Positions 38,625 through 53,646 of a stretch of DNA of 64,000 nucleotides are shown here, one piece after another. Under the pieces are notes generated by a model that saw nothing but the letters and a program-made list of their open reading frames with translations, had not been told where the DNA came from and made no database searches. Each line of letters begins with the position of its first letter. Position 1 is the stretch's first letter. Origin of the DNA: Octopus vulgaris (Eukaryota); the NCBI GenBank assembly GCA_951406725.2, contig OX597814.1, forward strand, positions 219,790,001-219,854,000. The letters are read 5' to 3'. Both the position numbers and the translations under genes were made by a program.

Positions 38625-39079
38625 ATGTGTGTACGTATTAACAATACGTCAAGGTCGGTCATTGTTGTCGCAAATGGTTTTGATTATTGTTGCTTGCTGT
38701 CGAGTAACCATGGCAGCTGTTGTCTCAAGGCAAGCGTTTAAATGCTTCAGATGAGTTCTTTCGAAAGCTGGGCAACGTCTGCCGAGTGACCTCGCCCGAG
38801 TAATTAATCTTTGAAGCATGAGTTATGGACAGTGGAGGTGACACTTCTGACTGGTCGAAAGAAGGGAGTAAATATTTATTCTGTTGCTATTTTAATATAA
38901 ACCTAAATTTTAAAAACGTTACTTGTAATGTATTAAATTACTTCCTTTTAATTGTAAGTTTACTTGTTACTAATTGATTAATATAACCAATGATATTTTA
39001 ATTAGATATTCAGCACAAGTTAGTCCAGTAATGGCCGCCTAATCAAAAAACCACAAGTAAAGCTTCTTCATTTTAGCTA

Positions 39080-39925
39080 TCAGGCTGAGTAAAAAGCAAG
39101 CAACGTTTTGAAACATGAAATTCACCTCAGTATATTTGATGCGGAAATTTTATTCATCAAAGTACGTACCATTACACTCAACACATTTTTGCCAACGAGT
39201 TACAAGTTTGTTTATTCCGGTAACATAAAAATGTGGAGTTCCGGCGCTGATGAACTCTTTGAAAGCACTTTCAGCATCGGTTTGATTTTTGAAATCCTTC
39301 TCCTGCAGGAAACCATTAAGGTGCTTGAAAAAGTGGTAGTCGGTAGGAGAAGGGTCTGGGGAAGAAGCTGGATGGGGATGAACTTCGTTGTCAAATTCAC
39401 TCAACTTCTGGATCGTTATTAGTAAAACATGTGGTCGAGCATTGTCATGAAGAATGATTGGCCCTCTTCTGTTGACCAACCACTCTGGGGCGGAGGAGGA
39501 GTAGCAATTTTCGTTCATTTTTGGCAATTTCATGCCAATATGTTTCTGCAGAAATGGTTTTTCCAGATTTTAAGAAGTTATTGTAGATGAGTCCAGCAGT
39601 ACACCACCAAACAGTCACCATAACCTTCCTTTTGAAGAGCTCGGATTTAGGGAAGGTTTTCGGTGCTTCATTTTGGTCTAACCACTGCGAGGAACTTCTT
39701 TTTTTTTTTGTTATTGTACAGAATCCATTTTTCATCGCAAGTTTCAATACGGTCGAGAAATGGATCGATCTGGTTACGGAGAAGAAGCGACGAGCAAATT
39801 TCATATCTGCGTATTTTTTGATTTTCATTCAAATCGTGTGGTACTCATTTGCCGAGCTTTCTTGATTTTCCAATTGCATGCAAATGGTTGCAGGTAGTTT
39901 TCTGGCTAAGTTGAAGTTCTTATAA
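39080..39925 (-). mobile_element. mariner (DD34D-type) transposon relic, 5' part lost
   Basis: KVMVTVWWCTAGLI, IILHDNARPH, HPASSPDPSPTDYHFFKHL, GINKLVTRWQKCVECNGTYF. TIR with TA at about 39078. Confidence 0.9.
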
Positions 39926-39930
39926 TTAAA

Positions 39931-40116
39931 CTAGCAGTATCGCCCGGCGTTGCTCGGGTTTGTAAGGGAAATAACTATATAAGCATTTATAGAGAGTTAC
40001 TTCCCTTATATAAACCAAGCGAAAATGCATTAAAAATGCGGAAAAATTATGGTAGATTTTTTTTTGAAATCGTAGACTCATCGTCGACGCGAGTTACTTC
40101 CCTTATATAATAGCAA
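39931..40116 (-). mobile_element. Helitron 3' fragment
   Basis: CTAGCAGTATCGCCCGGCGTTGCTCGGG terminus as at 3760. Confidence 0.8.
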
Positions 40117-40199
40117 ACAAAATCAGTTTTACGGTTATAAGCAGGAAGAAATAGCCATCATCAATGAAACCCTATTCGGATTTCCATAATAAAGTTGTA

Positions 40200-40660
40200 T
40201 ATCATAACTGACTGTTTTCAAAAGCCTTTGAATCGCCCAGAAGTGAAACAGGCATTTTAAGAAGCAAGCTGAGCCAGAAATGTACGGTTTTGCTCTGGCA
40301 CGAATCCAACAATTGAAGAAGCAATATATGCTAAATTCAGAGCAGGCAACACTAAGAATCATTACAACTGCGTAAGATATAAAAAACATCATTGGTCAAA
40401 TGTTGATATTGCTATATTCTCAGCTTACGACTATGACCACACAGATAATGTAGGCTATTTCCCCAAATTTGCTAAGTAATGCAATTTAGGGATCAAGCCA
40501 GTTTTACGGTTATAAACAGGAAGAATTCAATCTTTGCCAAATATAGAAATTTAGATATTCTGATTTCAGATAATGATTCACAATTATCTTCTGAAAGATT
40601 TAAAAATTTTGTCAAAACGTGGGACTTTCACATCCAGCATACGATTCCCAAAATTAAATG
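40200..40660 (+). pseudogene. Decayed Gypsy integrase fragment
   Basis: IFAKYRNLDILISDNDSQLSSERFKNF resembles the rve SDNG motif region. Confidence 0.5.
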
Positions 40661-40665
40661 TATTA

Positions 40666-41236
40666 AGGGGCTAAACACAGAGGGGACAAACAAGGACAGA
40701 CAAACGGATCAAGTCGATTACATCGACCCCAGTGCGTAACTGGTACTTAATTTATCGTTCTAAGTTCAAATTCCACCGAGGTCGACTTTGCCTTTCATCC
40801 TTTCGGGGTCGATAAATTAAGTACCTATTTCTTTACTACCCACAAGGGGCTAAACACAGAGGGGACAAACAAGGACAGACAAACGGATCAAGTCGATTAC
40901 ATCGACCCCAGTGCGTAACTGGTACTTAATTTATCGTTCTGAGTTCAAATTCCACCGAGGTCGACTTTGCCTTTCATCCTTTCGGGGTCGATAAATTAAG
41001 TACCAGTTACGCACTGGGTTCGATGTAATCGACTTAATCCGTTTGTCTGTCCTTGTTTGTCCTCTCTGTGTTTGGCCCCTTGTGGGTAGTAAAGAAATAG
41101 GTACTTAATTTATCGACCCCGAAAGGATGAAAGGCAAAGTCGACCTCGGCGGAATTTGAACTCAGAACGTAACGGCAGACGAAATACGGCTATGCATTTC
41201 GCCTGGTGTGCTAAAGTTTCTGCCAGCTCGCCGCCT
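40666..41236. mobile_element. Rearranged SINE family B mosaic (alternating strands, 179-bp duplicated unit)
   Basis: Segments alternate minus and plus, with junctions at 40757, 40825, 40936 and 41104. Confidence 0.85.
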
Positions 41237-41736
41237 TCTCCCACAATTAAATAGATAAGCCTAAGTTGTAGTGAAAGTCATGTAACCGCTGATTAAGAAA
41301 CAGAAAAGAGAGGAAATCAAGGACTCTTGCCAAGCATTTTATAGACTTCAGAAATACTTCAGGTTGGTGAATAACTGGCACAACCCTTTATGAGTTGTTG
41401 TTTGGGGACATTACTACTTATTATAGCATGTCAGCTACTGTAGCCTCGTGCAGAAAATCTATCGGATGTTCAGGATAGACATGCTGAGCGCAAGAAGGCT
41501 GATATAGAAATATTAAAACCAATACGCAAGAAAGCCACTCACGTCGTTGGAAGCTGGTAATCATGTATGAGTACAAGTAAATGACAAAACAAGCAACACA
41601 TGGTCGAGACGACAACAGGAAAGAAATACAGGAAAAACCTCAAAAGAGGTTGATAGTCAATTGAAACAGAGAACAACCCACCTGTCTTAGAAAACGAAAG
41701 AAGGTGAGCTGGAGGCAAGAAAGAGAAAGAAAGCGG

Positions 41737-41905
41737 TAAACTGGGCATTGTTTGCTTTCTTTCTCAATTAATACTATGTCGGGTTTCCTATTCTCTATTT
41801 CATGGTCGCGCTGAATCATAAAATCCCACAGGATCTTTGCGTTATCATTTTCGATGACGCCTTCAGGTTTATGTCCGTACCACTTTTTTGATCTGTCAAG
41901 TCCGG
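41737..41905 (-). pseudogene. R4/Dong-like restriction-like endonuclease fragment
   Basis: KWYGHKPEGVIENDNAKILWDFMIQRDHEIENRKPDIVLIEK, homologous to 56304-56726. Confidence 0.75.
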
Positions 41906-42610
41906 CAATCCTTGCTATATAGTACATTGAATGAGCGCAAGGGTGCTGTATCTGAATGAAATAATGATTTATGATATAGGCACAAAGCACAATTTGTTGG
42001 GCGGAGAAGGGAAAAATGCAGTGACGGCACTTCGTCTCTTAGTGAAAATTACAAAAAGACTAAACCTAGAAAAATATACATACATGCGTCATACATAAAT
42101 ACATTCAAAAATGCACACATACAGGTATACGAAGAAGCATACATACATATGTGCATGCATCCATCTACCCAGCCAACCATATATACATATGTACACACCC
42201 ATTGTCTTTCGGTTCGGGACTTTCCTGAATGACTTCCTGTGTCAATGTCCACGAAGCATTAATTGTATATAGGTGCGCACACGCTCAAAAACAGACACAT
42301 GTACAAAGATACGTATTATACATGGTGTATGTATGTATGTATGTATGTATGTATTACGAATGTATGTATGTATGTATGTATGTATGTATGTATGTATTAC
42401 GAATGTATGTATGTATGTATGTATATGTTTGTGTGTGTGTGTAAATGCTTACATTTTTCTTGTAAACATTACAATGGGTGTGTCGCAGATTAAATTTCAA
42501 TAGGAATAAACTTTATACGTATGTGATGTGGCTTAATTGAATGAAAAATCAAAGACACTGAAAGAAAGACGTGTGTGTGGGTGCGTATACATACATACGT
42601 ATTTATGTAT

Positions 42611-42745
42611 AGCTTACCTACCAACCTGATGGTTCCGGGTTCAGTCCCACTGTGTGGCACCTTAGGCAAGTGTCTTCTACTATAGCCTTGGGCGGACCAA
42701 AGCCTTGTGAGTGGATATGGTAAACCGAAACTGAAAGAAGCTCGT

Positions 42746-42806
<61 letters not shown>

Positions 42807-43050
42807 ATGTATTTATGTATGTATATATGTATTATGTATACATATATATACTCTTTACTCTTTTACTTGTTTCAGTCATTTGACTGCGGCCATGCTGGAG
42901 CACCGCCTTTAGTCGAGCAAACCGACCCCGGGACTTATTCTTTGTAAGCCCAGTACTTATTCTATCAGTCTCTTATGCCGAACCGCTAAGTGACGGGGAC
43001 GTAAACACACCAGCATCGGTTGTCAAGCAATGCTAGGGGGACAAACACAG

Positions 43051-43103
<53 letters not shown>

Positions 43104-43212
43104 TACGACAGGCTTCTTTCAGTTTCCGTCTACCAAATCCACTCACAAGGCATTGGTCGCCCCGGGGCTATAGTAGAAGACACTTGCCCAAGATGCCACA
43201 CAGCCACTCCTG
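42611..43212. mobile_element. Two SINE family A copies: plus-strand head at 42611-42746 and a minus copy at 42851-43212 with an internal head deletion
   Basis: Sequence identity to other family A copies. Confidence 0.8.
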
Positions 43213-43236
43213 TATATATATATACATGTATGTATG

Positions 43237-43267
<31 letters not shown>

Positions 43268-43288
43268 ATATATATACATGTATGTATG

Positions 43289-45671
<2,383 letters not shown>

Positions 45672-45791
45672 TATATATATCTCAACTCAGTGTCAGAGCG
45701 AGCCAAAGCATTACCAGTACCTTTGGCTCGCTCTGACACTGAGTTGAGATAATGCCTTCTAGTATCTCAAAATTTAATATACAATTATTCA

Positions 45792-45842
<51 letters not shown>

Positions 45843-46014
45843 GCACACATACACATATTTGTGGGTGGTGGGGAGGCATACACAATGTCAATAGTGACAT
45901 CCAATTTCATTTATGTCGGAAATTATTCTAATGATATTAAATGGCCTCACACTTGAGAAATTATAATTTTTATTTTTTATTACTTTTTAAAACAATTTCT
46001 TTTGCTTTTACTTT

Positions 46015-46060
<46 letters not shown>

Positions 46061-46700
46061 TGTGTGTGTTGTCTTCAAAGGGCGTTCCACCAACTGCATG
46101 TGGGTGTGTATGAGTATACAAATGATATTTTAATAATCAACACCGACACTTCAGGGGAAGGTTTTTTTCCGATTGTTATACGTCTCAACAGCAAAGCACT
46201 AGTCTTCTGTTTACAATGACCGGCTTGTTGTCTCCAAGTCTAGATATAAAATAAGACTTTGTTTATATATTTCTCTCCCGCCAATTATCTTCATTGTGTT
46301 TTTCATAAAGTGATACATCAGCATTTCTAATTACAGAAGTCGTAAAATATAGAGTATTAAGAATGCTATATAATGGTTTCAAATTTAGTCATAAGTCCAA
46401 GCAGATTTGACGGGCGAAACTTAGACGATATTATCGACTCCAGTGTTTGCCCTGGGACATCATTTTTCCGACCACGGAGGATTGAAAGTCAGTATTGAAT
46501 TAAGCGGGATTTGAACTTAAAACGTAGGTTAACATGCTGTTCCGTATCGTAAAAAAGTGAAAGTAAATTGCCAGAAAGATCTGAAGTGACGACAGTGCAA
46601 TTCCATTGTTCCATCATATTTATATAAAATGGAAGCGATGTATAGAACACACACATAGCTTTTTCACAGTCTTTGAACCTATTTCCCTACATTTGTTCAT

Positions 46701-47098
46701 ACTCTTTTCCTTGTTTCAGTCATTTGACTGCGGCCATGCTGGAGCACCGCCTTTAGTCGAGCAAATCGACCCCGGGACTTATTCTTTGTAAGCCCAGTAC
46801 TTATTCTATCGGTCTTTTTTGCCGAACCGCTAAGTGACGGGGACGTAAACACACCAGCATCGGTTGTCAAGCAATGCTAGGGGGACAAACACAAACACAC
46901 AAACATACACATATATATATATACATACATATATACGACAGGCTTCTCTCAGTTTCCGTCTACCAAATCCACTCACAAGGCATTGGTCGGCCCGGGGCTA
47001 TAGCAGAAGACACTTGCCTAAGATGCCGCGCAGTGGGACTGAACCCGGAACCATGTGGTTGGTTAGCAAGCTACTTACCACACAGCCACTCCTGCGCC
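46701..47098 (-). mobile_element. SINE family A
   Basis: Full copy. Confidence 0.85.
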
Positions 47099-48286
47099 TA
47101 TGGTACAATGCTAATAAAGCATCACTCGTTCTGTGAGTTTCTTATTGGTGAATATCCACCGCCCTTCCATAATCTGTGTATGGATGTTCTCGTCGTTGGA
47201 ACAACAAAATTTACAAAAGTGGTTCACAACTTCACATCTATATATGTGCATTCTATCGGATTTCAAAACACGTTCCTGAAGCTTTTTACTGGTGTTTGTT
47301 GTTTGGTAATTTGCATGTATGTATGTATGTATGTATGTATGTATTAAGAGAAAAGGAGATAGTCAGGATTTGGGTAAAAATAATTTATTTAGCGCTTTCC
47401 TTTCTTTTGAGAGACTCATCATAAATGATGTATTTACAGAAAATCTATATCGTTTATATATACGTTATTCGAAAATATCTAGAGCGGAGAGTTTGGGGAA
47501 AAGGAAGTTTTGATAGTGGTTAAGGTGTTCATTGTTAGTTTGAATCTATGTGTGTGTGTATATTATTGTGTATTATATGTGTGTGGTAAGTTTTTGGAGG
47601 CTTGGTTAGAAAGAGAAAAAAGAAAAATAGGAAGAAAGAAAGGGGGTGGTTTTTTGGGATTGAGAGGTCAAAAAGGTATAAAAAATATATTATTAAGCAC
47701 ATGAGAGATCCTTATTTAAAAAATTAGTCTTCCAGACAAACCATATTAGATTACCACTCGATATTATTATTATTAATGTTCTCATTACTGATACTAAAAT
47801 AATTGGAAAAATTAACTTCAGCAACCAACACACACGCACTCTTTCAAACACATATGTTTACACACACACACCTTCAAAATTTTTCCAAAACAATTTGATA
47901 GATTCTGTTTCCTGGGTAACATGACAACTAACCAAAAATGCCGTCAGTCGCATAATGACTAAAAGAAATTTGACTTTTTGACGTATCTCAGAAAAGTACC
48001 TTTTTTATTCATTCATATTGTATACAATACATTCATATTGAAGACAATATTGCTTATGTAAACTCAATTACCATTGTGACGACTCGGTACTCACGTTAAC
48101 GTTATCTATTAGTATTTCAGATTGGTTTCATATACTTTTGGACGGATTCATTCTTTCTAATGGTTAAGATACGTAACACCGACACCACAGAACAGGAAAT
48201 AGAGAGTGATCCAGTCAATGAGGAGAAAAAAAAACAACAAATGAACAGATAGAAGAGCAAACTTATTACACGAACACACACGATTT

Positions 48287-48344
<58 letters not shown>

Positions 48345-48346
<2 letters not shown>

Positions 48347-49965
48347 ATAGATCAATAAATGTTGGGGTTGTGTTGACCGCACGTGGAGAAATGATAAGCA
48401 AGGAAAAATTGTAAAAATGCAGAATGCTCGATTGAAAGAAAATTTTAATGAAATGAGAAAATGAAAAAATATATAAATATATATTTATTCAAACCGGTTT
48501 TCGTCATAGTTTGACTTATCAAGAATAGTTAGGTGAAAAGGTTTTTTAAAAATGAGAAAGGGGAAAAAAAGTTGCATTGTTTTTTGCAAAAGAATAATAA
48601 TAAATATGTATAAAAATTAAAAAATAAGTACTCCGAAACATTGTGAGTTCGTTGTGTATCTTGAGTTTAATGATTGTTCAGGAAAAAATTACCTTGGGGT
48701 ATTAGGATCCAATGGGATTAAGGCCATGTGTTGTTTGGTTTAATTTAGGATGTTGGCAAAACAGGAAGTAGTAGTAATTGTGGTTCTTCAGTTCCTGTGT
48801 TAGGAAGTAGTAGTAATTGTGGTTCTTCAGTTCCTGTGTTGTGAATAAGGGGAGACAACTCTTTTGAGTTCTTCAATAAAGGTTGCTGATAAAACCCAAA
48901 TTATAAAATTGTCATTTTAGCTTCATTTGCATTATCTTTTTTATATAATTGTTTGTTAATTTAACTTTCAGATTTTAACACTTTATTTATATTATTTTCT
49001 AATTATATAAATTTGCATAGACAATTGCATTTCAGATTGTTATATCATAAATAATAAAGATGATGGTAATAACAACAATAGTAAAAATGATATTTAAAGA
49101 ATATAAGTTTTTGCTTGAAGTGATGAATCTATGGTATCCTTATATATTTGTGTGAGTCCATCCATGAAGAATGAGGTAGAAAAGGGAAGTTTGGGCAACG
49201 AGGAGTTTGTATATTAAGTTGTGTTTGGAATTTTTCAATAAAGAGATACTCCTTGTTAATTCTCTCCTGTGTGGTGATGCCATCTTTACATTGGTAGAAG
49301 GGGAATATATAGAATTTGGGGTTTAAGTCTTTAGCGCATGAGTCTATGTGGTCACTCAGTGGAATTTGTCGGTATTCCGGGAGATTTATTTGTTCTTTAT
49401 GCACCGCTACTCGTTTACGTAACGGGAGACTCGTTTGTCCAACATAATTATGTTGGCAACCAGCGCATGTGAGAACGTAGATAAGATTCTCGGAGGCACA
49501 GAAGTTAGTCTTGATTTTAAACTTCGTACCTTGTTTGAAGGTAAATTCAGAACCTTCAAGTAGGAGGGGGCATGTCCCACAGTTTGGGCGTGCACATTTT
49601 TTTACTGCTGGGGGTGGATGTGGTGTGTGAAGTTTGGCATTTGTCAAGAGTTTTTTTAAAGATTTGTGTTGCCTTTTACATTTGAGGATTTTGTGTGTAT
49701 TTATAATGTTTTTCATTTTTGGGTCTGTTGACAGTAGACTGAGGTTTTGTATGATTGTGGTGTATGCTTCAATATTTTTGGGGTTGTGGGTGGAAATGTA
49801 TGGAAGTATTTTGAGGTTGTGTGTGGTGTTAGGTTGGGTAGTTTTCAGTGTAATGTTATCTAGTTCTTTGGCGCGTTTTATTCCATACTCTATAAGGGTG
49901 GAGGGATATTGGCGTTGTAGTAGTGTTTTTTTTGAGGTCTTGAAAGCGTATTTCTCGTGTTTTTG
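48345..49965 (-). mobile_element. Penelope-like element 3' half: RT thumb, Cys-rich linker, GIY-YIG endonuclease and pLTR
   Basis: KKCARPNCGTC..ENLIYVLTCAGCQHNYVGQTSLPLRKRVAVHKEQI..LSDHIDSC..KEYLFIEKFQTQLN. Abuts (TA)n at about 48290-48348. Confidence 0.9.
48486..48527 (-). ncRNA. Intact-looking minimal hammerhead ribozyme with U3-A8 core
   Basis: Minus strand: TATTC-TTGATAA-GTCA AACTA TGAC-GAAA-ACCGGT-TT-GAATA. All three stems pair perfectly. Confidence 0.75.
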
Positions 49966-50711
49966 GATCCACTACCATCACCACCTCCCAGCAATCAGGT
50001 CTGAAGAGGCTCTTCAAAAAAAAAAAAAAAAAATCAAAGGTATTTTGACTTTTTAAAAAATGTAATGGATTCCTTTATGAAAAATAACCAGAGTTTGCCA
50101 CTTTAGAGACACTAAATAATTCAATTAAAAAACAGTTTATATTCAGTCTAAAAGCACTTACAATTCTCAACGGAATTGTAGCTACTTTTGGGAAAACAGA
50201 GAAAAGGGAAACAACTCCTGAGAATGTATGTATGTATGTATGTATGTATGTATGTATGCATGTATGTATGTATGTATGTATGTACAGTAAATTTAGGGTG
50301 AATACTTGATAAGTGTAAGCACCTGTGTATGCCAGATAGTGGCAGAGGTGAGAGAGAATATATCAAATAAAATTAAAAACAGAACACCAAGGATATCGCG
50401 GTACATGTGTTTCAAGCTTTATAAACAATCCGTTATTACATCAGTGTATTATTGATTTCTTTCTATCTTATTTTCCTTCCTATCTTATACAAGAGAATTA
50501 AATAAAAACTCATTCCAATCTATTTAACATTCATTCTATGTTGACTGGTGATACAGTATGGGCAGATTTTCGAAATCAGTTAGGAAATTTTACAAATACA
50601 CTTTTTCAAGGAGATATGATAAACCTATTATAAACCTATTATAAACCTATTATTACATGTACTTCTCATATTTTTTATATTGTGATGTAATTTTTTGGAC
50701 TAACAATGTTT

Positions 50712-50802
50712 GCGGCTGAAGAGAGCTTTAAACCATCTTTTATATCAATAATACACTGATGTAATAACGGATTGTTTATAAAGCTTGAAACACGTGCACC
50801 GC
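50712..50802 (+). ncRNA. Type I hammerhead motif with an extended stem II
   Basis: GCGG-CTGAAGA-GAGCTTTA...TAAAGCTT-GAAA-CACGTG-CA-CCGC. The inverted partial copy at 50397-50420 has canonical GTA. Confidence 0.7.
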
Positions 50803-50837
50803 GATATCCTTTGTGTTCTATTTTTTAATTTTATTTG

Positions 50838-50868
<31 letters not shown>

Positions 50869-51107
50869 TGTATGTATGTATGTATGTATGTATGTGTGTG
50901 TGTATGTATGTATGTGTGAATGTATGCATGTATATGTGAGTGTATGTGTGTGTATGTGTAAGTATGAATGTATATAAAGATAAAGAGATTGACAGAAAAA
51001 TGTTATTGTCTCTAGGCCAAATTCCTTCTTTCAACGCGTGATTGAGCTTGACCTTAACTTGACCAATAGCAGTTAAAGGCGCGCACGCACGCACGCACAC
51101 ACACACG

Positions 51108-51154
<47 letters not shown>

Positions 51155-51921
51155 TTCTACTTCTAAACTTATTTCAGCGAGGCATTGAAAACTGGTCTTA
51201 TTTTATGAAGCAAGTAAGTAAAGAAAACTTTTGAATTTAGTTTTGATTATAGAATCCACATCTCTCAACAACTAAAAGCATTCTTTTTCGGCTTAAGAAT
51301 TATTGCATATATATTCAAATGTTTTATCAAATCGAACCTTTTTTCTTTCTTATATTTTCATATATTTTTCGTCATCCTGTCAAACACTTGGAATTACTAT
51401 ATGGAAATGGGGCAAAAGTGGTTACTGGGTCAAAATGAATAATTTCTGACTTCTTGTTATTTACTCTCATTTTGTACCATTGCATCATCTTTGAGAGTAA
51501 AATTTGGTCAGCATAGGTTACATAGTTGGGAATGGAAATTAGTCAGTATAGTTTGTACCGTTGTTGCTGAAACTTTCAAACATGGGTGACAGGTACTATT
51601 TTCAAGAAAAGTTTCCTTAAATTCGACCCGATTATAATTGAGGTAGCTAATAAAATATCTGGATAGTTTTTGGTGAAAAAGCTATAGTGAAGAAGCTATA
51701 AAGAATATGTTACGTTGAGTTTTTAGAGTGCTTAAGGACTATGTGAAGAAAATTTTGTGTCAGGGATAAGTGAATAGATTATATCTTATTAAACTGAATC
51801 CAATTCAATAAATTAAACGTTATTAGATGAGTCAAGGAGAGTCGTGCGTTAAAGTCGCTGAGAGAAGAGAGATTTGAGTGATTATATTAAAAAATGTAAG
51901 ATTCTATTTTAATGTAAAGGT

Positions 51922-52324
51922 AGGCGCAGGAGTGGCTGTGTGGTAAGTAGCTTGCTAACCAACCACATGGTTCCGGGTTCAATCCCACTGCATGGCATCT
52001 TGGGCAAGTGTCTTCTGCTATAGCCCCGGGCCGACCAATGCCTTGTGAGTGGATTTGGTAGACGGAAACTGAAAGAAACCTGTCGTATATATTTATATAT
52101 ATATGTATGTGTGTGTGTTTGTGTGTCCGTGTTTGTTCCCCTAGCATTGCTTGACAACCGATGCTGGTGTGTTTACGTCCCTGTCACTTAGCGGTTCGGC
52201 AAAAAAGAAACCGATAGAATAAGTACTGGGCTTACAAAAAGAATAAGTCCCGGAGTCGAGTTGCTCGACTAAAGGCGGTGCTCCAGCATAGCCGCAGTCA
52301 AATGACTGAAACAAGTAAAAGAGT
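51922..52324 (+). mobile_element. SINE family A
   Basis: Full copy. Confidence 0.85.
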
Positions 52325-52437
52325 ATGAAGTAGATATATATGATTCTTAACACATTACATGTCTTGTGTACAGAAGCTATTTCCCTGATGTCCCTGCCGT
52401 CCATTCGTCAGATATGATACACATTCCCAATCTTTCT

Positions 52438-52972
52438 GGATCTCTTCACTTTCGCTCACAGATTTTTTAATTATCTTTTTTAGCTAAACAGTTTGAAACT
52501 TCGTATACTGGTATAATTTCTCACGTTCAACAGGGTTTACTTTCAACATTTTTGACAAAATTTTGCATTTTAGACGTTATTTCGTGATTAAGCTGTATTT
52601 AGGTAATTTTAACCAATCAACGATGAGTAGTCAGCTGAAGAAAGCTTCTGCTGTTTACGATAGTAATCGAAGAGGAACAACTTCCGGGTCATCTCTGCTA
52701 AGTGTCCCCACCCTGTTCTATTTTATTTTTGTTTACTGCCTGTGTTGCATAATAAACACATTTTTTTTGCTTTTCGATCGCCTCTTTGATTGGTTTAAAT
52801 TATCCAAATACGACAACTTTAACACGAAATAACTTCTACAATACGAAATTTTGTCAAAAACGTTGAAAGTAAATCGTGTTCAACGTGAGAAATTACACCA
52901 ATATACGAAGTTTCAAACTGTTTAGTTTAAAATAAAAAATTTTTTTAATCTGTGAGCGAAACTGAAAAATTC
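52438..52972. mobile_element. Long-TIR MITE related to 5176-5969, with an 8-bp TSD
   Basis: GGATCTCTTCACTTTCG start, about 190-bp TIRs, shared AAACTTCGTATACTG motif. Flanks ATCTTTCT and ATCTTTTT match at 7/8. Confidence 0.8.
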
Positions 52973-53464
52973 ATCTTTTTCTTCAACCAATAGAGTAACT
53001 GGGGACTGACGAAAGGAAAGTTTTATGTTACTTGCAGCGTAACAAAGTCTAACTAAAAGTTTAGGACAAACTTATGAAAATGCTTTGACAGATAAAGGGT
53101 TAATCTTGAGTGTTAAAGTAATGTCTGAAATTAATTAAATGAACGGGTATGAAAGGTATTTGAATTGTTTCTAACATAAGCTCAAGGAGAGCAATTTTGG
53201 AGGTTAAGGGTTAATCGATTATATCGTTCCCATATCTTGACTGCTACTTTAATTTATCGAACCCGTAAAAATGAAAAGTAAAGTTAGCATCGGCGGGATT
53301 TGAATTCAGAACGTAAAAAGCTGGAATAAATATTTCGTGACATTTTTTTTGGCACTAACGATTTTGCCAGTCACCACTTTCCACTTATGCACACGTGTGT
53401 GTGTGTGTGTGTGGATGTGTGTGAGTACGCGCGTGTTTTCAGGGAGAGAGAGAAAGGGAGAGGG

Positions 53465-53495
<31 letters not shown>

Positions 53496-53646
53496 GAGAG
53501 AGAGAGAGATTAAATAAAACCTACTGGTATTGAAACTTACATTTAGAAAAACAACTATAAAAATTTCATCGACTCCCAATCCATCTGTATTTGAGATGCT
53601 TTTTTCGTAATCTTTCTGTGATGTATTTCATTACTAGATATTCTAG

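Noticed and set aside
39243-39275. CTGATGA...GAAA...TTC as a hammerhead
   Set aside because: No pairing for stems I-III; it is the antisense of mariner coding sequence.
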